Assembly: GCA_965248695.1 (NCBI GenBank)
Contig: CBDFKD010000002.1
Span: forward strand, 2,144,001 to 2,208,000
Direction of reading: 5' to 3'
DNA: 64,000 nucleotides
From: Acidobacteriota bacterium
GTDB taxonomy: Bacteria; Acidobacteriota; UBA890; WLXD01
The notes under the pieces: model-generated
What the model saw: only the letters and a program-made list of their open reading frames with translations
Databases searched by the model: none
What the model was told of the DNA's origin: nothing
Part shown: one piece after another, positions 42,577 through 52,314 of the stretch
How positions within the stretch are numbered: the stretch's first letter is position 1
Layout of the letters: each line of letters starts with the position of its first letter
Program-made: the position numbers and the translations under genes

Positions 42577-44759
42577 ACGCACGGGCCGCCGGCGTCGGGG
42601 TGCTCGCCGTCATCGCTGCCGGCTGCGGCGCGCGGGGGGATCCGATGGCGCCTCTGCGAACCGTCCCGCCGTCGCTGCTCAGCGCCGAGATTTCACAGCT
42701 CGGTACGAACGCCCTGGTGGAATTCACTCCATCGGCCGAGATCATCGACATGGGCAACGAGGAGGAGATGACCATCGAGCGCGTGGAGCTCCTGATGCTC
42801 ACCGAGCGATACCCTGCACTCACTGCGTCGATGCTGGCGCAAGGGCTCGATCGAGAGCGGGGTAAGCGCCTCGAGATAGGCCGTCGGGCCATCGAACTGG
42901 CGGCGGAGGGCGCCGAGGCGAGGCGCGTTGCGGAAGAGCGGCTCGCGGCTGAAGAGGCAGCCGCCGCCGCGGGCATCGAGCTACCACCGGAAGTGGAATC
43001 GGACGACGAAGAACCGCTCGAGGAACAGGAGCCCGTTTCTGCCGAGCAGCTCTTACTCGACGGGCTGCCGCGCAACGCCTTGCGCGAATGGAGAGAAGCC
43101 AGCATCCAGGGCGATATCCTCCTGGAGGCAGCGGGGTGGTTCGACGAAGCGGTGGACGACCTGTGGGACCTACTCGGAATGCCCACCGCGATCGTCGACA
43201 CCCGACGGCCGCCGGCGCTACCGCGGCCGTCGCTGGTGGTCGAGAAAGCGGCGCAGCTAGCGCGCACGCACCCGTACGAAGGAGGCCTCGAGATCCCCGA
43301 GTTCCTTACCCGCGCCGCGATCGTTGCCGCTATTCCCTTCGAGAACATCAGCGACTACGTGCTCGACGACAGGGCAAGGATTCACTACAACATCGGCACC
43401 TCTTCGAGCGGCCCGGTGCGGACGCGATACTACTTTGCCGTTCGCGCCGTGGACACCGAGGGGAGAGCGGGCAGCGTCGACACCATCCTCTCTCTCGCAC
43501 CGAGCGGCGTACCCCTGTCCCCGGCGGAGCTGGAGGTCGAGATAACTCCCGAAGGCCCCCGGCTCCGGTGGTCGGCACCGGCGGGCGATGTGTGGGGCAG
43601 CCTCATCGACACCGACGAGATCAGCTACAACATCTACCGTCGGAACGTCGGTGCAGAGATTGCGGCCGTGACGATACTCAACGACGAACCGCTCACTACC
43701 GCCGAGTATCTCGACTCCGGGGCGGAATGGGACGGTAGCTATATATACGAGGTGCGGGCGGTCGCGGCGGCCCCGAGCGACGACGAAACGCTGTTACTGG
43801 TCGAGCCGGATCCTATCCAGGCAGTGCTGGACCCGGCGGACCCGACAGCGCTCGTGACGGACTCTGCGACACCGACTAAGGAAAGCAGCGGCGCGGTGAC
43901 TCCGCCGGTACACGTAGTGGACACGTTCAAGCCGGAGAAGTTGGGCGGTCTGGTGGCGGTGCGCGCGGCGTCGCGAATCACACTGCGTTGGGTGGCGTCG
44001 GCAGTTCCCGATCTGGTGGGCTATCGCGTCTACCGCCGGACGCTGGTGGATGACCCCTGCGACCCACGGTACATGCTCGAGTTCGACGAAGAAGAGGCGG
44101 AGGCGACGACAGACGAAGAGATGGACGACGAGGCGAACGCGGCGGCGGATGACGAAGCGGCGGATGGCGAGGCGGCGGATGGCGAGGCGACGGATGGCGA
44201 GGCGACGGATGGCGAGGCGACGGATGACGAGCCGGATTGCACCGTCGTCGAGGCCGGACCCAATGCCGAAGCACAGCCTTCCGTTGAGGACGAAACGGCC
44301 GGCGACGGGGTCGACACGGGATCCACCGACGCTGATATCGCTGAGGATCAGGCAGGTATTGTGGACGACGCCGGCGCGGCGAACGCCATTGTCGACGCGT
44401 CTGACGACGATCTCGACTCCTCGGCAAATCGCCCGTTGGGCGCCGAGGATGCCGACCTCACCGACGAACCCAGCGCCGAGAACCGCGGCGAAGAGGGCGG
44501 GACGGACGACACACAGGAGGCCGACGACGAAGGCGAACCCGGCCGGGGCAACGCGCGCCGGCGGCGCGGCAATGAACTGGTCACGACCGGATGGGACATG
44601 CTGACCGTGGTGGCGATAAGCGGCGTGCGCTACACGGATCCGACCGCCGACGGGGACGAGGCGTGGGAATACGCCATCGAAGCCGTCGATACCGCCGGCA
44701 ACGTCAGCCCGCCCGCCGTCATCAAGGTGCGGACCGAAGACGCCGCTGACGAGCAATGA
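42573..44759 (+). CDS. Large acidic lipoprotein with LptM/YifL-like N-terminus and fibronectin type III-like domains
   Basis: AAGC lipobox then GARGDPMAP; FN3-like segments LRW..P..YNIYR..Y.YEVRAV, GYRVYR and [13 protein letters not shown]. Confidence 0.7.
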   Translation: MNARAAGVGVLAVIAAGCGARGDPMAPLRTVPPSLLSAEISQLGTNALVEFTPSAEIIDMGNEEEMTIERVELLMLTERYPALTASMLAQGLDRERGKRLEIGRRAIELAAEGAEARRVAEERLAAEEAAAAAGIELPPEVESDDEEPLEEQEPVSAEQLLLDGLPRNALREWREASIQGDILLEAAGWFDEAVDDLWDLLGMPTAIVDTRRPPALPRPSLVVEKAAQLARTHPYEGGLEIPEFLTRAAIVAAIPFENISDYVLDDRARIHYNIGTSSSGPVRTRYYFAVRAVDTEGRAGSVDTILSLAPSGVPLSPAELEVEITPEGPRLRWSAPAGDVWGSLIDTDEISYNIYRRNVGAEIAAVTILNDEPLTTAEYLDSGAEWDGSYIYEVRAVAAAPSDDETLLLVEPDPIQAVLDPADPTALVTDSATPTKESSGAVTPPVHVVDTFKPEKLGGLVAVRAASRITLRWVASAVPDLVGYRVYRRTLVDDPCDPRYMLEFDEEEAEATTDEEMDDEANAAADDEAADGEAADGEATDGEATDGEATDDEPDCTVVEAGPNAEAQPSVEDETAGDGVDTGSTDADIAEDQAGIVDDAGAANAIVDASDDDLDSSANRPLGAEDADLTDEPSAENRGEEGGTDDTQEADDEGEPGRGNARRRRGNELVTTGWDMLTVVAISGVRYTDPTADGDEAWEYAIEAVDTAGNVSPPAVIKVRTEDAADEQ
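44142..44231 (+). repeat. 15-bp tandem repeat x6 encoding A(A/T)D(G/D)E
   Basis: GCGRCGGATGRCGAR, six contiguous copies. Confidence 0.9.
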
Positions 44760-45709
44760 GCGCTGCGAGCCGTGAACCTCTCGAGTTCAGCCACTACTCC
44801 GGAGCGGGCAATGACTTCATCGTCCTCGACGAACGCTACGGCGCGTCGCCGACCCGCGCCGCCGCCAACGCCAAGGCACTCTGCCGCCGAGGCGTCTCCG
44901 TCGGCGCCGATGGACTCATAATGATCGACCTGAGCGACCTGGAGAACGGCGTCGCGGGACGCATGCATCTGTGGAACTCCGATGGGTCAGCGGCCGAGTT
45001 CTCGGGGAACGCGGCGCGATGCGCGGTGCGCTATCTGGTCGACGAGGGACTGGCGAGCTCACCGATACGATTGGAAACTGCCATCGGAATCGTCGTCGGG
45101 CGCGTCGAGGGCTCGAACGTATCCGTCGACGTGCCCGGTACGGCGGCGGTCTGGCCTCAGCGGCGTATTCGCGTTGAAGGCCGGGACCTCCTGGGAACTT
45201 ATGTCCAGGTAGGTGTTCCTTTCTTCGTCCTCCTCCATGAGGATCCGGACGACCTCCCGGTACGTTACTTGGGGCGCGCCATCCGCAACCATCCTGACCT
45301 CGAGCCGGCGGGCGCGAACGTCGACTTCGCTCGTATCGACGACGAGCAGAACCTCTACTTTCGCGTCTATGAGCGCGGCGTCGAGGCCGAGACGCTGAGC
45401 TCGGGAACCGGCAGTATCGCCGCGGCGCTTGCGGCGGCGGCGAGCGACCGCGCTGCCTCACCGATTGCGTGCCATGCAAGGGGCGGCACGCTCACGGTGC
45501 GCTTCCAACCCCTTGTTCCGCCTGCAGTCGAGGCAACGTCGATCGAGAATCCGCCGCTGCCAGCCGAGCCGCCGGCAGTTGAGCGCCCGCACCGCGCCGA
45601 TCTACCGCGCGTTGCCGAGGGCGCTCCGCTTCGATTCGCAAACATACAGCTGGAGGGCGACACTCGTCAGGTGATGCGCGGGACCGCCTTCGCGGACGCG
45701 CTACGGTAG
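44756..45709 (+). CDS. dapF: Diaminopimelate epimerase family protein with Ser at both catalytic Cys positions
   Basis: GAGNDF, VGADGLI, NSDGS.AEFSGN, GANVDF, RVYERGV..ETLSSGTG and GG.L.V motifs. Confidence 0.88.
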   Translation: MSAASREPLEFSHYSGAGNDFIVLDERYGASPTRAAANAKALCRRGVSVGADGLIMIDLSDLENGVAGRMHLWNSDGSAAEFSGNAARCAVRYLVDEGLASSPIRLETAIGIVVGRVEGSNVSVDVPGTAAVWPQRRIRVEGRDLLGTYVQVGVPFFVLLHEDPDDLPVRYLGRAIRNHPDLEPAGANVDFARIDDEQNLYFRVYERGVEAETLSSGTGSIAAALAAAASDRAASPIACHARGGTLTVRFQPLVPPAVEATSIENPPLPAEPPAVERPHRADLPRVAEGAPLRFANIQLEGDTRQVMRGTAFADALR

Positions 45710-47509
45710 CGACAACGTTTGTTCGGCTGCTGACACCAGACAGCGCGGTACTGGCAGCTCCGCGTCCTCGGCCTCTTCGGTCCAGGCGATCAGGCCACCA
45801 GACGGGTCGAACGTTGCCGATCGGTCACTCCAATCCCAGCGGCTGACGCCCCCTTCGTGCCGCGCCGACGGCTCGCCCCATGCGATGCGTACCTGGCGGT
45901 CGTCCATTTCGAAGTCGAGCTCCTCAGCGAGGATCATGCGGCGCAACTCCGCGTCCAGTTGAGTTCTGGCGAGAGCCCTCCAGGTTGAGGAAAGCTCGGA
46001 TGGATCTCGGTTGCTAATCGCCATGGATGCACGCGTGTACCGCCTCGTCGCCTCGTACAGATCAACGCGCACTCTCCGCAGGGCTACAGGCGCCGGTGAA
46101 AGCTCCGTCGGCCAGTCTCCCGGCACCAGCGTCACGCGATCGAAGATCGCCTGGCCAGCTTCCCCCACGGCGATGCTCCGGTCCGTTGGAAGCAGTCGAA
46201 CGATGATCTCGTCGGCGTCGGCGGGGACGGTGACTACCAGACTGACCGTGGCGGGAATAGCGCCGACCGCGCCGCTCCCGGCCTCACGCAGCTGTCCGGC
46301 CTCGATCTCGAAACCAACGGTTGCAGCTGACGTTGCGCCGCCAGGCCCGGGCGTTGCCCGCGCTACAACCTCTAGCCGAAGCTCGCGCCCGCGAAGGCGC
46401 CGCGCGATCGCCGGTGGCAGCCGCTGCTCGAGGTAAACGGCCTGTCGACGATTGGCGTCTTCGAGCATGACCCCCGTCGGCAACGCGGATGGCGCTACCC
46501 GCCTCGGGGCGGCGAGATCGACGGTCGCCGCGGGCCACAGGCGGGTGGAGAGATCGAAAGAGCCCAGGTATCGATCTTCGTCTCGCCGCGCCCCAGCCAA
46601 CAGACGCTCCGGTGGTGGTGGCGGCACGTCGACCCGGCCAGCCGGCAAGCCGCGCGGATCGAGCCCGCCGACGAGCTGCCAGCACGGCAGGACGAAGCCG
46701 GTTGCCTCGGCGGGCAAATTCGGATCCAGCTGCAGCTGGCTGTTGCTCAGCAAACTGAGTACCGGCAACTCTGCGCGTAGTCGGCCCAGTGACTCCCAGC
46801 CGTGCTCAACCCGACGAAATACCAACGGCAACACCGAGGTCACATGTAGCGCCCCGAAGCTGGCTTCCTGCGGCCATGGGCCCAGACCGTCGCGCCCTCC
46901 TAGCAAGCTGATCGCCTCGTCGACTACCTGCGGCGGTATTGCCCAGGCCGGTACCGACAGCGTCTCTCCGAGAAGACGTACCTCGTCGGCGTCCACCTCC
47001 ACCGTGTTGTGCCACCACTCGAGACTGACCTCCAATGGCTGGCGCAGGGAGGCCAGGTACAGATCGTATGGCGTAAGGCTCACGACGTCCGGATCCACGT
47101 CCTCGGCGGGCTCTTCGTCGAGGTCGGGGCGCTCAGGGGGTACCCCCGGCGCCGGGATCCCCTTGATCAAGGTGACCGGGCCGGACCGGTCACGGAGCTC
47201 ATCGGCGCTCGCCGCGACTACAAACCACTGCCGCTGAAGCGTCCAGCTTTCCGGATCGGCGACCATCTGCCATTCGCGTCCGAAGGCATCGGTCGTGTCG
47301 CCCAGGTAACTGAAAATGGCTCCGGCGTCGAACGCGAACAGGCCGTCCTCGGTTACCTCTGCCGCGGCACGGAGGGATCCGGCTTCGAGCGCGATGGCGT
47401 ACAACGGCTCCTCGACTGGCGCCCGAGCGCCCGGCGGGCTCTGTGCGTAGCTCTCTGCTGTTATGCACACCAGCACGAGAGCGACCCGAGTGAGCGGAAG
47501 ACGCGTCAT
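45701..47509 (-). CDS. Secreted hypothetical protein
   Basis: Signal peptide (SYA-Q), 602-aa ORF overlapping the upstream hydrolase stop; C-terminal VRIAWGEP motif. Confidence 0.6.
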   Translation of the reverse strand: MTRLPLTRVALVLVCITAESYAQSPPGARAPVEEPLYAIALEAGSLRAAAEVTEDGLFAFDAGAIFSYLGDTTDAFGREWQMVADPESWTLQRQWFVVAASADELRDRSGPVTLIKGIPAPGVPPERPDLDEEPAEDVDPDVVSLTPYDLYLASLRQPLEVSLEWWHNTVEVDADEVRLLGETLSVPAWAIPPQVVDEAISLLGGRDGLGPWPQEASFGALHVTSVLPLVFRRVEHGWESLGRLRAELPVLSLLSNSQLQLDPNLPAEATGFVLPCWQLVGGLDPRGLPAGRVDVPPPPPERLLAGARRDEDRYLGSFDLSTRLWPAATVDLAAPRRVAPSALPTGVMLEDANRRQAVYLEQRLPPAIARRLRGRELRLEVVARATPGPGGATSAATVGFEIEAGQLREAGSGAVGAIPATVSLVVTVPADADEIIVRLLPTDRSIAVGEAGQAIFDRVTLVPGDWPTELSPAPVALRRVRVDLYEATRRYTRASMAISNRDPSELSSTWRALARTQLDAELRRMILAEELDFEMDDRQVRIAWGEPSARHEGGVSRWDWSDRSATFDPSGGLIAWTEEAEDAELPVPRCLVSAAEQTLSLP

Positions 47510-48228
47510 GCGATCGTCTGGCCGGGCTTGATCGACAGCACTTCGATGTCGAGACCGCGCTGTTCGCAGTCCTGGTGAAGCTCCCCGGGCGTTCCTGTCA
47601 GCACTGGCCAGGTTCCATAGTGCATCGGCACCACGCGCCGAACCCCCAGCAACTCACAAGCCTTGGCCGCAGACCGCGGGCCCATGGTGTAGTGATCGCC
47701 AATTGGCAACAGCGCGATGTCCGGTGCGAACAGCTCGGCGATCAGGGCCATGTCGCCAAAGACGTCGGTGTCGCCGGCGTGATAGATGGTCGTCTGGTCG
47801 TCGAACGTGAGGATCAACCCCGCAGACACACCGCCGTAGAGCATCCGGTCGCCATCCTGGATGCCTGCTGAATGTGTCGCCCGCACCATCGTTATCGACA
47901 CCCCGTCGAGTTGCACGGTGCCGCCGATGTTCATCTCCACGATCGCATCTCCCGAAACGCCCTGGGTGCGCAGCCAGGCCGCCACCTCGATGATTGCAAC
48001 AACCGATTTCGGGTCGTTCTCGGCGCAGACTTGAACTACATCGGCAACGTGGTCGAAGTGACCGTGTGTAATAGCGACGACGTCGAGACGTGCAAATGTC
48101 TTCAGGGCTTCCGGACACTGCGGATTGCTCATCACGAACGGATCGATGAGCACCGTGTTGCCGTCCGGCCCGCTTAGCAGGAACGTCGCGTGACCGAGCC
48201 AGGTAATACGAACGCCAGACGCTGACAC
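47506..48228 (-). CDS. Metal-dependent hydrolase, metallo-beta-lactamase fold (UPF0173)
   Basis: WLGHA, THGHFDH, YHAGDT, PIGD.YTMG and PMHY motifs; GGAGG before the GTG start. Confidence 0.9.
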   Translation of the reverse strand: MSASGVRITWLGHATFLLSGPDGNTVLIDPFVMSNPQCPEALKTFARLDVVAITHGHFDHVADVVQVCAENDPKSVVAIIEVAAWLRTQGVSGDAIVEMNIGGTVQLDGVSITMVRATHSAGIQDGDRMLYGGVSAGLILTFDDQTTIYHAGDTDVFGDMALIAELFAPDIALLPIGDHYTMGPRSAAKACELLGVRRVVPMHYGTWPVLTGTPGELHQDCEQRGLDIEVLSIKPGQTIA

Positions 48229-48272
48229 GCCGACCTCCATGTTGGATTTGAATCGCGAGGTACGTGTCGATT

Positions 48273-49298
48273 CTATGCGCTGACGGGAGCCACACCGAGT
48301 CCGCAACCTGCCTCGAAAGGAAGCCGACAGACCTCGACTTCGGAACCGTCCTCCAACCGCACCGTTGCGCCTGGGTCGGCGTGCTCGCGGCGCACGTATC
48401 CGAGCCCGATGGGGCCGTGGAGATCCGACGTCACGGAACTGGTAACGGAGCCGACGGCTCGCCCGGCGCCGGATAGCGCCGCGCCCGAGCCGGCCGATGC
48501 GACGAAACGCAACCCACTCAGAACGCGGTTGACGTGGCCGCGGTAATGGATACGAGCCACCGTTTCCTGCCCCAGATAGCAGCCCTTCTCGAAGTCGACG
48601 GCGCTTTCCAACCGCGCCTCCTGCGGCAGCTCGTTACCGGTAAGCTCGGCGCCGTGCGCCGGCACCCCGGCCTCTACACGGAGGACCTCGGCCGCTGCCC
48701 GACCGACCGGCAGCACTGGCTGGGACAGCAGCGCTGGCCACAGTTCCCGGACCTCGGACTCGGGCACCGCCAGCTCGATGCCGTCGGGGAGGCGCCGGGT
48801 TCGTAACACGAGCGCCACCGCGTCGACCTCGCTCGCAGCGCTGACGCGCCCGTGGTCCGGCCCGAGCAAAGCAAGCGATATCAGCGGGCTGGGGTCAATG
48901 TGCACTGCGGAACGCAATACGAAGCGTCGCAGCCCGTCGACCACCGCTGCCGCCACGCTGATGTCGGTACCGATGAGCACCGCATCGTCCTCGATCCACA
49001 GATCGAGGCTCGCCTGTACTTTGCCGCGGTTGTCGAGCAGCAAGCTGGCAGCCCCGTCGCCGGGCTGCAGCACCTCGACGTTCGCTGTCAGCAGCCGGTG
49101 AAGAAACGTGAGGCGCTCGTCGCCACCCACCCGGAGATAGGCACGCCACGGCTGCCACAACAGGCCAACGCTCTCGCGTACGGCGCGGAGCTCGGCGGCT
49201 GGGTCACCGTAGGAAGCCGCGTAGGTCAGGCTGCCGGCTTCGCACAATTGCGCGCCGACCGACCGCTGGTCGTCAGCGAAGGCAGCTGCCGGGTTCAT
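48273..49298 (-). CDS. ygfZ: YgfZ/GcvT-family folate-binding protein
   Basis: KGCYLGQE motif and GcvT-like N-terminus. Confidence 0.88.
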   Translation of the reverse strand: MNPAAAFADDQRSVGAQLCEAGSLTYAASYGDPAAELRAVRESVGLLWQPWRAYLRVGGDERLTFLHRLLTANVEVLQPGDGAASLLLDNRGKVQASLDLWIEDDAVLIGTDISVAAAVVDGLRRFVLRSAVHIDPSPLISLALLGPDHGRVSAASEVDAVALVLRTRRLPDGIELAVPESEVRELWPALLSQPVLPVGRAAAEVLRVEAGVPAHGAELTGNELPQEARLESAVDFEKGCYLGQETVARIHYRGHVNRVLSGLRFVASAGSGAALSGAGRAVGSVTSSVTSDLHGPIGLGYVRREHADPGATVRLEDGSEVEVCRLPFEAGCGLGVAPVSA

Positions 49299-49804
49299 TC
49301 GGCCGCAGCGGCCGACGGCCGCAGTACGATGTCGACCGTGCCGCCAACCCGCACCGGACCCGCGCGTCCCTCGAGGTCGCCGTCCTGGCGACTGAATGCA
49401 TCGCCGTCCTGATCGAGCCGAGCGATGATGTCGAGGTCTCCGACCAGTGGCGTGCCGGGGATCATCGAATCCGCCTCGCTGATCGTGAAGCTCATCGGCA
49501 CTTCCGCCGGCAGCGGCTTGACCGCCAACGGCGGGCCGCCGTCGCGTCCCGACACGCGCACGATGATGTACAGGACGCCACCGGGAACCACACCCACTGC
49601 CGGGTCAACGCTTACCGTTCCCTCCACACCCGGGGGCGCTGCCACGGACGCGCGCGCACCCGGCGCCAGCGGCGCCGGCGGCGCCGGGATCGCAGATGCC
49701 TCCTCCCTATCGATGGTCTCGACGTTCCGTGAGACGCACCCGGCCCAGGCCACCACAGCGCTCAGCAGCAGTAGCGGCAGTAGCCGAGGGGGCGCATTGT
49801 TCAT
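49295..49804 (-). CDS. Lipoprotein resembling the CcmI/CycH C-terminal Ig-like domain
   Basis: WAGC lipobox; PPLAVK..P.SF.I...DSM.PG..ARLD.DGDA...GDLEG. Confidence 0.65.
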   Translation of the reverse strand: MNNAPPRLLPLLLLSAVVAWAGCVSRNVETIDREEASAIPAPPAPLAPGARASVAAPPGVEGTVSVDPAVGVVPGGVLYIIVRVSGRDGGPPLAVKPLPAEVPMSFTISEADSMIPGTPLVGDLDIIARLDQDGDAFSRQDGDLEGRAGPVRVGGTVDIVLRPSAAAAE

Positions 49805-49926
49805 GGTGGGCGAGCTTCGGGGGAGGCGAACAGGACCTGCGGGTGACCTCAACGCGCCGATCTTATCTCAAAGCCGCACCTCGGCAACGGCCCGACAACT
49901 GGCTCGACAGCCCGTGCGACACAATG

Positions 49927-51248
49927 TCAGCCCTCTCGATGAGCTGCCAGACCGGCGACGCGCGGCGCCACGGCGGTCAACCGATCGATGATCAGCGACC
50001 GCGCCCGATCGCTGGCATTCGAGGGTACGCAATTGCGGTAGACACCACTCCGGAACAGTGCCCAGGTCACCTCGGCGGGGCGACTTGGCGCGCTTCCCGC
50101 TGTACGCGCTCGCTCGAGCGCCGCCTGCACCTCGATCGCGATCGAAGCGGCATCGGAGCAACGACACACCCAGCGCTTGGCCGATTGCTTCAGCCCTTCA
50201 AGGAGCTTGGCATCGTCGAGCAGGGTATCGATCGTGACGAAAAAAGCCTCGCCGAGGCTGCGCCCAGGTGTCAGCCGCGGGGCCACGTCGGGCGGCAGGA
50301 AATCGTAGTGCGGCGCGCCGGCGACCAGTGTCGCGGCGCCTCGGGCAAGCGCTCGACACAGCAGCGCACGCTCATACGCGACGGGCTCGGCGGTCACCGC
50401 GACGACGATATCGGCCGCGTCCGTGACCTCGAGCAGCTGCGACTGGTCCGGCGACAGGTGCCACTCGATCCGTCCGTCGAGCGAGGCTCGCGACGCCGCC
50501 GGACCAGCGACCGCCTGATGAATGATCTCCGGAGTCACGTAGCGAACCGAGAGCTGCGGGCGCTTGTCCAGCAACCGAGCGATTCCCGACATCAGCGGCT
50601 GCGGCCATCGCGAGCTTGCTGAAACGACGCAAATAACGGTCGGTTCTGCCGCCGCGGCAGCCGGGGCGCCGAGAACCCCGGGCCCGAGGGGCAGCTCCAC
50701 ATGGCCCACCTCGACGCCTTGTCGTCGCATCTGCGCCGCGATCGGCTCGGTGGCAGCGAGCATCTGGTGTCGCTGCGACATGCCGCGTACCAGTGGATCG
50801 TAGTGGTCGTACAGCGCCCTCGTGCCCCAGCCTCCCGCGACCGTCGCACCGACGCGAGCACCTGCCCGGGCATTGTCGTCTCGAGCGCTTCGATGTAGGC
50901 ATCCCAGCGTCCGAGCAACCCCAGCCCGCCGAGCAGCATGTGGTGCATGGCCGGGTCGAGGATCCACGCAACGCCGGCAAAACGACCCGCGAGCAGATAG
51001 CTGGGCTCGTAGGGAAGGAAGTCCCTTCCGAGCGGGTAGAGCGCGGTGTTGAAGGCCCGGTGCGCGTGACGCTCGTCGAACCGCAGGTAGTGGAATGCCG
51101 GCGCCGAAAGGCCGCCTTCTCGAAGACGCGTCGATTCGACAAAGACCTCCACATCGAGGCGCTCCGCCAAAGATCGCACTACAGCGTCGAGCTGCTGTGC
51201 CACGAGGGCTTGTGGGTCGATGCTCGGCAGGGTGATCGCAACGCGCAC
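49927..51248 (-). pseudogene. Glycosyltransferase-like gene split by a 1-nt frameshift near 50866
   Basis: ORFs 50592-51248 and 49927-50967 join into one GT-B-like protein colinear with the paralog at 55446-56720. Confidence 0.65.
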
Positions 51249-51258
51249 GACGAGCGTC

Positions 51259-52314
51259 CTATTCGAGTGTCGACGTCAACGCCGCGATCGCCTTCGGCCA
51301 GCTGACGCGGTCGCGCACCATGGCGCGTCCAGCTCCGCCCAGGCGCTCGCACAGGGCGCGGTCCTCGAACAGCAGGTCGATGCGATCGGCAAGCGCGCGA
51401 GGATCGGGCCTCACGACAAACCCGGTCTCGGCTTCGCGCACGAATTCGAGCACCCCGCCCGAGTCCGTTGTGGTCACCACCGGGCGGCCTGCGAAGAACG
51501 CCTCGAGGGTCGTGAAGCCGTAGTCCTCATCGAGCGGCGTGAGCGCCATCGCGAAGCAGCCGGCCATCAGCTCCAACACGTCGTCGTCAGAGACGAAACC
51601 CAGGAACTCGACCCGGTCTTGGAGACCGAGGTCAACCACCTGCTCTGCAAGCCGCTCATGGTCGGGACCGCGCCCGGCGATGCGCAAGCAGACGGGGTGT
51701 CGTGTGTGGCTCAGTGCCTGGATCGCCAGATCCAGCCGCTTGATGCGATCGAGGCGGCCAACGAAGAACATGTAGTCGCCGTACGGCCCTGCCCGCAGGC
51801 TCTGGTGTAGGGGTGGTGGTGCGTAGAGAGGCGTCGCCTCAACGCCGCAGTATGTCTGCAGGCGACCGGCGGTGTTCTGGCTGTTGGTGAACAACGCCTT
51901 GGTCTCGGACAGTGCCTCCATGTCGAGCTCGAACAGAGCATCGCGAAGCGCCACCTCATCGTCCGCGAGACGGAAGTTCCCGAACGGCGTCGGGTGCAGG
52001 TCATAGACTTCGCGTTGCTGGTGAAATATCCACGCGACCTTGTTGCGGTGTCGAGCCAGATACGACGGGTACTTGGTCGCGATGAGCAAATCCACCTCGC
52101 CCGGCGCGGTTTCTTCGAAGTTCACCAGCCGCCATGCCATCGCCTGCTCGAGCGACGAGATCGTGCCGGTCCAGGTATACGGCAGCGTCACGAGCTCCGC
52201 TTCGTGACCGGCTTCGTTGAGCGCCGCCACTGTGAGCTCTGCGTGGAGCTCCGCACCTCCGCGAAGGAACGGCACCTGCGGTGCAGCTACGATAATCCGG
52301 TGGCTTCGGCTCAC
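51259..52314 (-). CDS. Glycosyltransferase family 4 protein
   Basis: PFLRGGAE, GRLDRIKR and EDYGFTTLEAF (EX7E) motifs. Confidence 0.92.
   Translation of the reverse strand: MSRSHRIIVAAPQVPFLRGGAELHAELTVAALNEAGHEAELVTLPYTWTGTISSLEQAMAWRLVNFEETAPGEVDLLIATKYPSYLARHRNKVAWIFHQQREVYDLHPTPFGNFRLADDEVALRDALFELDMEALSETKALFTNSQNTAGRLQTYCGVEATPLYAPPPLHQSLRAGPYGDYMFFVGRLDRIKRLDLAIQALSHTRHPVCLRIAGRGPDHERLAEQVVDLGLQDRVEFLGFVSDDDVLELMAGCFAMALTPLDEDYGFTTLEAFFAGRPVVTTTDSGGVLEFVREAETGFVVRPDPRALADRIDLLFEDRALCERLGGAGRAMVRDRVSWPKAIAALTSTLE

Noticed and set aside
44142-44231. Repeat array as CRISPR
   Set aside because: Contiguous 15-bp in-frame units without spacers; no cas genes.
45002-45403. Selenocysteine or recoding at the DapF catalytic sites
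   Set aside because: Both codons are TCG (Ser), not TGA.
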